Below are positions 1 through 10,741 of a stretch of DNA of 64,000 nt, piece after piece. Numbering within the stretch: position 1 is the first letter of the stretch; each line of letters opens with the position of its first letter. The position numbers were made by a program, and so were the translations under genes. The DNA comes from Azolla caroliniana (lineage: Eukaryota; Plantae; Polypodiophyta), in the NCBI GenBank assembly GCA_043228905.1, contig JBHGNT010000003.1, positions 14,322,001-14,386,000 of the forward strand. Reading direction: 5' to 3'. The notes under the pieces were generated by a model. The model saw nothing but the letters and a program-made list of their open reading frames with translations, was not told where the DNA came from and did no database searches.

Positions 1-913
1 GATGTTGACTTCCAATTGTCCGTATTTCCGGCATAGTCGGAGTCAGTGTAGCCTTCAACTTCAGTTGAGGTTGCCAAACCGAAAGTTAGTTGTGTATCTT
101 CGATCCCAATGCTTCTATCTTGGATTTGACATGTACCGGTTGACCACCCCCACGGCATAGGCTAGGTCGGGTCGGGTCGCCACCATTGCATATACTTCCT
201 ATGGTTGATGCGTAGGGCATCTTTCCATTAATCTCTCTCTCCTTGTCCGTTGAAGGAGAGTCTCTGTCCAATAGTCGGGTCGACATCGGAAGCGGTGTTG
301 GTGTTGGCTTCGCATTCTCCATGTTGAAGCGTTTCAGCACCTTTCAGATATTATAGTCAGAGTTGGAGAGTTGGAGAGTCTTGGTCATCCAATTTCGCTC
401 AATCCTCATGCCCAATATGTGACGGGCTTGTCCGAGTCTTGTCATGAAGGCCCTGCTTTAGTTTTCCAAGCTCTACTTGATTGCTCCCTCCAATCAGCAT
501 GTCGTCGACATATAGGATCACATATATCCTGAACTCGTCGGCCAGTTGCCGAATGTACATACATGGGTCCGAGTCAGATCGACAATATCCTCTGTGCTTG
601 TTTCAAGCCATAGAGACTTTTCTTCAGTCGGCATACGAGGTGACTTTCCTCCCCCGTTGCCGTGAAGCCCGCCGGTTGAGACATGTAAATTTCTTCTTCC
701 ATATCTCCGTGTAGGAATCCTGTCTTTATGTCCATCTGCTCGAGCTCTAGATCTTTTGTCGCCACATCTCCTAGTAAGAGTCGGAGGGTGATCATCTTGT
801 CGTAGTCAACCCCATGTTCTTGTTTGTCGAGCTCTAGATCTTTTGTCGCCACATCTCCTAGTAAGAGTCGGAGGGTGATCATCTTGTCGTAGTCAACCCC
901 ATGTTCTTGTTTG
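1..913 (-). mobile_element. Degenerate Ty1/copia RT/RNase H fragment
   Basis: Minus-strand translations give copia RT motifs ([53 protein letters not shown]). Broken by frameshifts and cut at 914 by a gypsy LTR. Confidence 0.9.
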
Positions 914-914
914 T
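741..914. repeat. 87-bp direct tandem duplication inside the copia RT
   Basis: cgagctctagatc...ttgtttgt occurs at 741-827 and again at 828-914; visible as a duplicated 29-aa peptide in ORF 574..882. Confidence 0.9.
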
Positions 915-1389
915 GTCATGTGTATATAAAACCCAATAAGCTTTATGATGATTCGAACCCATGACCTCCTCAATGAAGGAATATAACCCCAACCATTAAG
1001 ATACATCATATTATATATATTAAATAACAAATTCTATTATATCAATAGGAAATATATATAATAATATTGTTGAAATGTCGCCACCTTGTATAGGCTAATG
1101 CATGATTGCCAAGTGGCGATCATGCATGCCTATAAGGTGGCGAGCATGCATGTATCCAAACCATGCTATGTAAACATGTATTTGACTATTGATGAACCAT
1201 TCTGGTTCAATGCCATTCTTCGGCATATTCTTGTAAACATTGCTCTCGTTGTTAATACATTATCAAATTCTTCTTATCTCTCTTATTTCTCTCATATCTT
1301 TCGTTTCTCATTCTCTTCTCCGTTCTTGTTCCTAGCTTTAGCCTTGACAGTTTGAACCAGAATTTTCCTCCCTTCTCTCTTTCTTCCTT

Positions 1390-1429
<40 letters not shown>

Positions 1430-2856
1430 CCTTCCTTCCTTCTCCTTGAGAATCTTGCCAAACGTTATCCTCTCCATGGAGTCAGTTAGCAAGCAAGAGT
1501 ATGTTCGAGTCATCTCTGAACTAGAGCATCTCACAAATAAGATTGTGGCGTTAGAACAAGAGAATCAACGATTGCTTGGAGATTTTGCAACAAGTAAGCA
1601 TAGAAAAGGCACAACAATATGATGAGTTATCGACACGCGTATTGCAACTCGAAACATTGTGATCTCTTCATCAACAAGCTTCAATGCAACAAACCTCTCC
1701 CAAAGAACCGAAGATTTGTTTGCCTGGGAAGTTCTATGGTAATTGATCACAGTTTCGAGGGTTTCTAAACCAAGTACGTCTAGTAATTCATATGCACCCT
1801 AATAGGTATTTGACTAATGTAGCTCAAGTTGGACTAGTTGGGACCCTCCTAACAGGAACTGCATTAGAGTGGTTTGCACCACTGCTAGAAAAGAAGTATC
1901 CTCTTCTCCAAGATTGCGAAGGTTTTGTTAGAGAATTTCAAGCAAACTTTGGAGACACTGATAGTGTTAGAACAACGATTAACAATATTTGAAGACTGCA
2001 TCAAGGGGACCGTCCTGCCTTTACCTATGTCGTAGATTTCCGCCTCTTAGCTTGTGATATTCCGTGGGATGAAGAAGCCTTAATGGATCAATTTCGCTAT
2101 GGACTACGAAATGATGAAAGGATTTGCTATTAACTTTTCATGAAGATCCAAGATCACTTACAAAAGCGATAAGGCATGCAATGTGATGTGACAACCGCTT
2201 ATTCGAGCGACGTTCAGAGCATCAATTAATGGCACGACCAAGAACGGATCAAACATATGCTTCGGTAGTAGCCGCGACACCTACGAGCACTACTCAAACT
2301 TCACACATGATTCCATCAGGTGGTCCAAGTCCAATGGAGATTGATGTAAAACTTCTTCGAGGGCCTTTATCTGAAGCTGAGAAGCAAAGACGAGCAAACC
2401 GTCTATGTTTGTATTGTGGTGGCCCATGACACATCGCAATCACATGCCCACATAGGCCAAAATGACAATTAAATCAAGTAAGTATTAGTGAGAATCTTCA
2501 TTCCAATTCTCCAGTTAGATCATCTAGCCCTAGTAGTCCCACATGTCATGGTCAGTCCAATAGTTTTGAAGTCTTGAGTCAACTTGATGAAATATTAAAC
2601 GAATAAGTCCAACCAAAATCGGATCCATTTGGTTGCACAATCTTGAATACGTAAAGTCAACCCCAAGTAGTGGTTCCATTTTATCGAATCGTGTTAGTAG
2701 AGTTTTTTCAACACAAGTTGAGCTTAGCACTTCTAGGTGTTATCGAGTTCTTGCCTCTGCTCTCTTAGATTCAGGAGCCAACTCTTGTTTTATGGACAAA
2801 GAATTTGCTTTATCTGAGAAAATCCTATTGAAAAACCTCCCTTGCCCTGCATCTAT
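914..2856 (+). mobile_element. Chromovirus (Tcn1/Tf1/sushi-like Ty3/gypsy), 5' part: LTR 914-1349 plus degenerate gag-protease
   Basis: LTR bounded by TGTCA...TGACA. Gag motifs TLLTGTALEWFAPLLE, GPSPMEID, RRANRLCLYCGGP (sushi/PEG10-type); protease ALLDSGANSCFMD. Interrupted at 2857 by a copia LTR. Confidence 0.85.
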
Positions 2857-5800
2857 TGTTAGGTCTCCGGTCGGATACGGTACAAACCAGCAAATAAGAA
2901 CATATTAGTAAATATGTTCAAACGTGACCGTTGAGGTCATATTTATAAATAGCCCTAAATTTATATAAGTATAAATATAACTAGGGCAATAGTGTTCATT
3001 ATGTTGTTATTATCATTGTATAGAGAGAGACAGAGAGAGAGTGAGAGATACAGAAAGTAATTTCTATTGTAACCGCCGATTAGCGAAGCTAGAGCTCGAG
3101 GTTGTTGCCTCTAAGTCTCACAGTGTTTTACCTCTCATCTATAGTGATCTCGTTTGGAGTCTATGGGCTCCCGTGGTTTTTCCTTATTGGGGTTTTCCAC
3201 GTAAACATTTGGTGTCATCTCTATTGTTTGTGTAAGTGCATTGCTTATTTCTGTTTATTTCTTCCATCGTGAGATTGAGACTTGGTTGTGGTCGAGCACT
3301 ATTCCCCACAAATTGATATCAGAGCGAAGGTTCTAAACCTTGAAGAAAAATGGAAGAGTCATTCAGAAGCATGTTCAAGCTCACCGTCTCCAACTACCCA
3401 GTGTGGAAGTCGAAGATGAGGGACATGCTCGTGGTCAAAGATCTCTAGCTACCGGTATAGTTCAGGGACAAGAAACCGGGCAAGATAGATGCCATGATGT
3501 GGGAGGTGATGCATATGAAGATGAAGGCATACATTAGATGCTTCATGGACATGATCCTGTACAACAACTTTAATGAAGAAAGTAAGGCTCATATGCGCTG
3601 GGAGAAAATCGGTACCATGCTGGAGAGTAAAAACGTCGTAAATCGGGTTTCGGTATTCTGGAAGTTAGTGAGATTCTAGTACCATGACAGATCCAGCATG
3701 GTGGAGCACATGAATGCATTCCAGGGGCTAATAAACCAAACAACCTCACTGGAAGTACCTCTAGTCGACGAGGTACTCATGTTGCTACTGTTCGGTTCCC
3801 TCCCAAATAGTTGGGAGACGCTAATTGTCACCTTGGGCAACGTTGGGCCGGAAGGAAAACAATTGTCCTTGGCAAGGGTAAAATCAAGCTTGCTGGATGA
3901 AGAAGGTCTCCGGAAGGACCGGGAGTCCAAAACCGAACCAAAGTTATTGGTTACGGAAGATGACCATAACCGGGGAAGAGGCCGGAATTGGAATCCCCAG
4001 AACCTAGACAAATCGGGGACGAGGTCAAAGTCAAGGGGGACACCCATTTTCTTTTATTGCGGAAAGTCGGGGCACTTCCAAAGAATTGCCGACACTTCCG
4101 GAAGGAGAAAGGAACCGATAATGCTGACTCAAAGAAGGGTCCGGAAAGGAACATCGGCAATCGCGACAAGTGAAGAAGAATTGTTGCTCATCATCGAGGA
4201 AAATGAGATGCACCTTGTCAGCGACGAGACGACATGGGTGGTCGACTCTGAAGCGTCGTTCCATCTGACCCCCGACCGGAAATGCTTCTCATCCTATAGA
4301 GCCAAAGATCACGACTATGTCCGGATGGGAAATGAAGGTGTGTGCCAGATTGTCGGCATAGGAGATGTGTGTCTGACAACATCAACCGGGTGCAAGTTTC
4401 TCCTGATAGACGTCTAACACGTTCCGGAGGTTAGGTTGAACCTGATATCAGCCGGTCGGCTAGATGATGAAGGCTACATGGGTAGCATTCGGAACGGAGT
4501 CATGAAGTTCAGTAAAGGAAGCCTGGTCGTGGGCCGGGCCCGGAAGATCAACACACTGTACTTGACGCATGCCTGGATATGCAGGGAGGAAGTGAACATA
4601 GCATCCGACAATGTTGCTGAGTTGTGGCACAAGAGGTTATGTCACATGAGCTAGAAAGGGATGAGAAGACTTGCCGAAGATAACCTCATTTCGGAGGTGA
4701 AGGACATGCAGCTTGAGAAGTGCACCGATTGCTTACCCAGCAAGCAGAACCAAATCTCTTTCCAGTCGAGACCATCGTCGAGACGAAATGCATTGCTGGA
4801 AATTGTGCATACCGATGTATGCCAAGTGGACACGACGTCACATGCCAGATCGCAATACTTCATGACGTTCATAGATGACCACAACTGGAAGTTGTGGGTC
4901 TCACCACTGAAGACAAAGGACTAGATACTATCCATCTTCAAGGAGTTCCACGCAATCTGGCTCGAATTCACTGTGCCAAAGATGCTGGAATTGAACGAGC
5001 TAGCCAAAAGGATGAGCTGGACCATAATTGAGAGAGTCCAGAGCATGCTTGCACATGCTAAGTTGTCTAAGACGTTTTGGGTGGAGGCGCTGATGACAGT
5101 GACCTATGTGATATACAGATCACCCTCAACGCCCTTGGACGGAGACACACCACAAAGAGTATGGATCGGTAAAGATGTATCTTATTGGCACCTGAAGGTG
5201 TTTGGTTGTCTCGCCTACGTGCATGTAGCAAAGGACAAGAGAGCGAAATTGGATCCGAAGTCCCGACCATGCATATTCCTTGGATACGGTGATGATGAGT
5301 TCGGCTATCGAGTGTGGGACTTGGTCGACAAGATGGTCTTCCGAAGTCGAGACATAGTCTTCATGGAAGACAAGAACATTGCCAACTGGGAGTTGAAGAA
5401 GAAGATAGTGGACTCTGGGTCGACCGACAAAGATTGGTAGGAAGATACAAGGACTCATCCGACCGGAAGCCGGATGACACTCGAAGAATCGGCCAGATTC
5501 AGACAAGAAACTGAATCGACCGAAGAAGAATAAAATGTAGATACCAGAACCGGACAAGACCCCAAATCGGATTCGGATGAAGAACAAACAGAGAAACCAG
5601 TGGTCGAAAACCAAGGATGGAGATACCCTCTTAGGGAGAGAGGACTCCCCTAGAGATTTTTGGATGCAAAGCATGTGTTGCTGACCGACGAGGGGGAGCT
5701 GGAAAGCTTCGAAGAAGTAAAGAGAGAGACTCACATGCGCAAGTGGTTAAGTGTTATGCATGATGAGATGGATTCCCTGCATGAGAACCACACATATGAG

Positions 5801-6771
5801 CTAACAGACCTGCCGAAAGGAAAGAGGGTGCTTCGGAACAAGTGGGTGTACAAGCTAAAATTGGGAGATGCCGAAAATCCACTAAGGTACAAAGCTTGCA
5901 TCGTGATGAAGGGCTTCTAGCAGAAGAAAGAAGTGGATTTCAACGAGATCTTTGCCCCAATAGTCAAGATGACTTCCATCTGGACTGTGTTGAGCATGGT
6001 GGCAAACATGGACCTTGAGGTCGAGCAACTAGACGTCAAGAAACCGTTCCTACACGGTGACCTCGACGAAGAGATCTACATGCAGCAACCAGAAGGATTC
6101 GTCAAGAAAGGGAAGGAGCACTTGGTGTGCCGGTTGAAGAAGAGCTTATATGGACTGAAGCAAGCTCCCAGGCAATGGTACCGGAAGTTCAACTCCTTCA
6201 TGACCGATCAAGGATACCACAAGACGCAGGCCGACCACTGCATGTTCGCGAAGAAGTTCGATGGAAGACACTTCTTCATACTACTGTTGTATGTGGATGA
6301 CATGTTGATAGTCGAACCGGACCGGATCAAAATCGGAAATCTGCAGAAGGCCTTGAACCGGACCTTCTCAATGAAAGATCTAGGTCCGGTGAGACAGATA
6401 TTGGGGATGCACATAGTTTAGGACGAGACAAAGAAGTTATTGTGGCTAACACAAGAGAAGTACGTGGCGAAGGTGTTCCAACGATTCAACATGTCAGATG
6501 TTAAGTCGGTGGGGTCAACACTTTCGACAAACTGCAAGTTGTCCGGAAAGTAGAGCCCGAAGACAAAGGTAGAGAGATCAGAAATTATGAAGATATCGTA
6601 TACCTCTGTAGCCAGAAGCCTCATTTATGCACTGGTGTGTACACGACTGGATATTGGATATGCAATCGGAGTGGTCAACCAATTCATGAGGAATCTGGGA
6701 AGAGAACACTGAATCACGGTCAAGTGGATACTCCGGTTCTTGAAAGGCACCTTGAGTATGTGCCTCTGATT

Positions 6772-7143
6772 TGTTGTATGTATGGCTGGACTAGCCGCAA
6801 CACAGGTGTCTATCCGACACTTCTCCAAAGGGGTGGTAGGGATAGGATGTTAATACACGCGTATGATAATTACACTTAAGCACAGACGAAGACAAGATTA
6901 ATCAGCATAAGCAAAAACTATATTAATTCTTCGCTCCTTCATTACAAAACATCGGATCCTTTTATAGGCATCCGGCCAGATTACAATCGGTGCTCGGTAG
7001 GCAACCGTTAACCGAAACCGAATCGGTTCGGATCCGGATCGGTTACAACTACCGGATCCGTCCCTCCTAATAATTCTATTCCTATTTCTATATTTATCCG
7101 ATCCGACCTTGCTTTCCCATTTGCCTTCTCTGACCGGCCAACA
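6772..7143 (-). repeat. 3' LTR of the young gypsy
   Basis: Identical by eye to 22038-22409. Confidence 0.97.
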
Positions 7144-7145
7144 CA

Positions 7146-7161
7146 TGGCACGCCCGTGGGA
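7146..7161 (+). other. Second, oppositely oriented PBS-like site (tRNA-Arg type) at the position where the PPT should be
   Basis: TGGCACGCCCGTGGGA begins 2 nt from the LTR edge; no purine tract on the element strand. Confidence 0.8.
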
Positions 7162-7193
7162 AAGTGCATTGCACTTCGAACCCACAGCCGGCT

Positions 7194-10109
7194 TCAGTCT
7201 TCCTCCAAATTATCCAGCAAACTCCGCTCAGAGGTTTCAAGTGTTGTTTTGCCTGTGCCGTCTCCGACTTCCGATTGGATTGGCTGCCTTTTCGCATCTT
7301 GCTGCTCCGACTCTGCTTCTACCGGTAGTACCGGTGTTTCTTCTGTATCCTGTCCGGGTCTGTCCTGCTCTACCTCCGTTCCGTTCCCGGTATCGCTCTC
7401 TCCGGTTTCCACTGGTTGTGTCCTTTCCTCCCCGGATTCGGTACTTCTCTGTCTCCACTCTGCATCATCCCCGGCATCAACCTGCTCTTGCTCCGGAAGT
7501 TCTTCCTCGGGTAATTCTTGTCGGGGTGCATTGTTGGTTGGATCCTCTTCAGCCGGTCGCTCGCCCTCACTAATGGAGATCGGCGTTGTGTGTCCCTCGG
7601 CTTCCTGTCGCAGTCGGTCCTTCTCGTACCCTTCCAATTCTAGTTGGGTTTCGAGCTGCCCGTCATCCAACCTCTCTACTAACCCTCGGATTTCCTTGAG
7701 ATGCTCTTCTGCTAGAGCATAGAAATCCTCCGACAGTTCTTCCCGGATGTTGACGATACTTTCTTCGTCCATTTTATAGAACCCATCTCCAGTTTTCTTC
7801 CGATTTTCTGCATCAGCTCGGAGTGTCTGCAGTTCAGCTGCCTGTTGTGCCCATTCCTTCCAGAGTTTCTCCGTGCTTTCATTTATGCTGGCCTGAGCTC
7901 GGGTACTCCAGCTTGACATGATGAACTTAATTCGGTCAACCCCTGCTTTAGCCTGTTCCGAAGCTGCTTGTTTTTCCTTCCTTATCCGTTTGATGATGTC
8001 GGCCATTAACTGAGCTTGAGCTTCAGAGTCGACTTTTTGCTTGTCACAGGTACTCCGCCATTTGTTGATTTCGAAAGTCAACTTCACTTTCTCCTCATTC
8101 CTGCTCTTTGTCAGCTCCCCTACTTTCTGCCGAAGTACTTCCATCTCCTTTCTTTGTTCCGACGTCAAGGTCTTCTCCGCCGATACTTCCTCCCTTGCTT
8201 TGGACAATTCCAAGCGGTTTTCCTTGAGCTGCTCTTTCAGCTTCTCTATCTGTCGGTCGTACGTTGCTGCCTGATTCTTGATGTCCGACGTGGCCTGTTT
8301 ATAATCCTTACATAGTCTGTCGAATTCCTCCGTCTTCTGTTTTAGGCGTCGGTTCGCCTGAGCTCGCAACTGATCATCCCGGTCCTTTTGTTGTCGGAGT
8401 TCCTCTCGCAACCGCTCAATTTCCTGCTCCATTCGTCGGCGCAGCCTATCTTTTTCCTTTTGCAGTGTCCCGTTTTCTTCTTGTAGTCGGTCATTGGTGG
8501 CTTTGCTTCGGCGAAGGCCTTCCTCCATTCGCCGTCTGTCGTCTTCTACCAACTTCCGCTGTTCTCTTTCGTTATCTCTCAATGCCTCCTGAGCCTGTAA
8601 TTCTTCCTTCAAAGTTGCTATTAACTTCTCGGTCTCAGGGCCGGTTTGCAAGGCCTTCTCCGTTTCTGGTTCGGCTTGCTTTTCTGATGTCCCGACCGGC
8701 TCGGTGCCATCTTGTGCTTGTCGGCTGCCTTCTTTTGCCTGTGCTAGCTCTTCTTGCAGCTCATTTACTTGTGCCCGGAGCATGACCATATCCTTAGTCG
8801 TCGTCCTAGTCACTTCTTCTCTTTGCTCCTCCTCTTTCTCCATCTGGTCTGCTACTCCCGACAACTGCCCTGACAACCACCTTAGCCATTGTGCCTTTGT
8901 TCTGCCTTCGTTGGTGTCAGCAGGCGTGCCTAGCTCCGGCTGTTTTTCCGGCTGTTTCTCCGGCCTCTTCTCTTGTTCCGGCGCTTGTTCCTTTCTTTGT
9001 TCTTCGAACTCCGCCGCCGTCGGTTCCGGTACTGCCGTCTTTGGTGCAGACGAACCTTCATCCTGTGTCGCTTCTGTTCCGGTTACTGGAGGCGGTTCTT
9101 TTGCCCGTTGCTGAGTTCCGTCCGCTGTTGGGGTCGGTCTTGTCGCTCGTTTCTCCTTTCCTTGCCTGGGTGGTAGTATTAACATCGGTTCGGATGAGTC
9201 TTCCTCTGTTTCAGCGTCCTCCGTCGGTGCCACTAGTGGTTCCTTTACTGGTACCGGTTCCGATTCGAGCGTTACTGGTTCGGTGTCGGTTTGCCTCTTG
9301 CTGGTCTTCTTTGCCACCTTCTCCTTGCCTTTTTCCGCCTTTTTCTTCTTCGTTGTCGGTTGTTGTTGCTGTTTCTGTGGCTGCCGTGATGAGCCTTCCT
9401 CCCGTTGCTGTCGGGAGGAGTCTTCTTCCCTCGGTTGTCGAGATGAGCCTTCTTTCCGCGGCTGTCGGGATGATCCCTCTTCTGGCGGCGCTTCTTCTTC
9501 CTGTGTCCATCCTGGAGTGTGTTTCTCTAGGATTCGTCGGCGTTTCATGGTTTGCTTCGGGGTAGTCTCCTGCCGACTTCTTTGCTTGTGCTTGATGGGG
9601 GACACCGGTGGGACCAACACTGTTAACCATTGGGATATTCCGGCCCATGGCTTCTTCCCTTCCACTAAGTGCTTGATCGCCTCTTTCAGTCCTTCGGTGA
9701 TGAAATGGAGCCAGTCCACCTGCAGGCCTTCGAATGTGGCGATGACGATCGCTGCTCGGTATTTGGCTATGGCTGCCGGACGAGGGTTCACGAACCCGTA
9801 CTCCATCAGGGCGCGGGCCACCTCTCCGAACAGCAGGTTCTCTCCGCCCTGTGTGCGATACGCCTTGCTGCTAAGGGAGTATTCGCCGAAATACTCGAAG
9901 AATATTTGGCTCGAGGGTAGCTCTATCGTCTGAAGTCCTCCCTCCGAAATCCCTGTGAGCGCTTGTACCGCTCCTTCAGTGACCTCTGCTAAGTCCACCG
10001 CTGTTGCCGCCTGCTCTGGTTCCTTGTGTGGTGGAGCGTCCGCGACCCGCAGCAGCCCTCCTAATCCGTTCTCCGTCAGCCATTGTCGCGCTCCGTCCGA
10101 CAGTGCCAT
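7194..10109 (-). CDS. Retrotransposon extra ORF (~971 aa from MALSDG; frame open to 10361): conserved N-terminal domain, low-complexity linker, long coiled coil, acidic tail
   Basis: Uninterrupted ORF between pol and the 3' LTR. Homologous segments at 23680-23923(-), 25395-26700(+), 48830-49200(+) and 57010-59730(-). The MALS/MALT start recurs in three copies. Confidence 0.85.
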   Translation of the reverse strand: MALSDGARQWLTENGLGGLLRVADAPPHKEPEQAATAVDLAEVTEGAVQALTGISEGGLQTIELPSSQIFFEYFGEYSLSSKAYRTQGGENLLFGEVARALMEYGFVNPRPAAIAKYRAAIVIATFEGLQVDWLHFITEGLKEAIKHLVEGKKPWAGISQWLTVLVPPVSPIKHKQRSRQETTPKQTMKRRRILEKHTPGWTQEEEAPPEEGSSRQPRKEGSSRQPREEDSSRQQREEGSSRQPQKQQQQPTTKKKKAEKGKEKVAKKTSKRQTDTEPVTLESEPVPVKEPLVAPTEDAETEEDSSEPMLILPPRQGKEKRATRPTPTADGTQQRAKEPPPVTGTEATQDEGSSAPKTAVPEPTAAEFEEQRKEQAPEQEKRPEKQPEKQPELGTPADTNEGRTKAQWLRWLSGQLSGVADQMEKEEEQREEVTRTTTKDMVMLRAQVNELQEELAQAKEGSRQAQDGTEPVGTSEKQAEPETEKALQTGPETEKLIATLKEELQAQEALRDNEREQRKLVEDDRRRMEEGLRRSKATNDRLQEENGTLQKEKDRLRRRMEQEIERLREELRQQKDRDDQLRAQANRRLKQKTEEFDRLCKDYKQATSDIKNQAATYDRQIEKLKEQLKENRLELSKAREEVSAEKTLTSEQRKEMEVLRQKVGELTKSRNEEKVKLTFEINKWRSTCDKQKVDSEAQAQLMADIIKRIRKEKQAASEQAKAGVDRIKFIMSSWSTRAQASINESTEKLWKEWAQQAAELQTLRADAENRKKTGDGFYKMDEESIVNIREELSEDFYALAEEHLKEIRGLVERLDDGQLETQLELEGYEKDRLRQEAEGHTTPISISEGERPAEEDPTNNAPRQELPEEELPEQEQVDAGDDAEWRQRSTESGEERTQPVETGESDTGNGTEVEQDRPGQDTEETPVLPVEAESEQQDAKRQPIQSEVGDGTGKTTLETSERSLLDNLEED

Positions 10110-10241
10110 CGCTTCTTCTTCGTCTGCTGCTGCCTGTGGTCTGAGGTCGGGGTGTAGGTGTTCTGCGCGTCGGATCTTGCTGTCTTGAGCCTGCGTTTGC
10201 TTGTGGGAAAATTCGTAAAAAGTGAACCCTTCCCCGGTTCT

Positions 10242-10253
10242 TCCTTTATATAG
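10242..10253 (-). promoter_or_regulatory. Candidate internal TATA box for the extra ORF
   Basis: Minus strand reads ctatataaagga about 135 nt upstream of the conserved ATG at 10109. Confidence 0.35.
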
Positions 10254-10352
10254 TGGTGTTTCCCTCGAGCCGCCTTTTCCTGTTTTTCGCGCGTCCCCTG
10301 CCATAATTAGCATGTCACTCTTTAATTTTGACGGCTGCACGTGTTCTGCCTT

Positions 10353-10450
10353 GAATAGCATGTCCTATTTTTGGCGCCTGCGCATGCTCTGTCATGAATA
10401 GCATGTCCTATTTTTGGCGCCTGCGCATGCTGTGTCATGAATAGTATGTC
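10353..10450. repeat. 43-bp tandem repeat (about 2.3 copies) in the pol/extra-ORF spacer
   Basis: gaatagcatgtcctatttttggcgcctgcgcatgctctgtcat at 10353 and 10396, partial at 10439. Confidence 0.85.
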
Positions 10451-10690
10451 TGTCCTTTGCTGCCGCGTGTCATGCTTGCGCTTCCTTGCCGCGTGTGTCG
10501 AATCTCCTACGTGTCTGTCATTATGACTCCTTAATTGACGCGCGTTTAAAATCCTGTACATCGGCGCCCCCACGTTCTGTGCTTTAAATAGCTCGTGCAC
10601 CCGTGTGACGGTTGTAACTACTTCCTTCATCATTACCATGATTTTCTTGATCTTCTTGTCTTGACTTTTCTACCCGTAGCTCCACGTCAT

Positions 10691-10692
<2 letters not shown>

Positions 10693-10728
<36 letters not shown>
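10693..10728 (-). repeat. 36-nt poly(A) tract on the element strand just after the pol stop
   Basis: Run of 36 T on the plus strand. Confidence 0.95.
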
Positions 10729-10733
<5 letters not shown>

Positions 10734-10741
10734 ATGCCGCC

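Noticed and set aside
7194-10109. Calling the extra ORF an env or a captured myosin/SMC gene
   Set aside because: No signal peptide, transmembrane segment or ATPase motif is visible; coiled-coil composition alone is not evidence of homology.
7156-10188. Long plus-strand ORFs opposite the extra ORF
   Set aside because: These are S/C/F/L-rich shadows of a low-complexity coding strand with no motifs.
10366-10425. ctatttttggcgcc in the 43-bp repeat resembling the primary PBS context
   Set aside because: Only a few bases match beyond TGGCG, the site is far from any LTR, and it is not clearly conserved in relatives.
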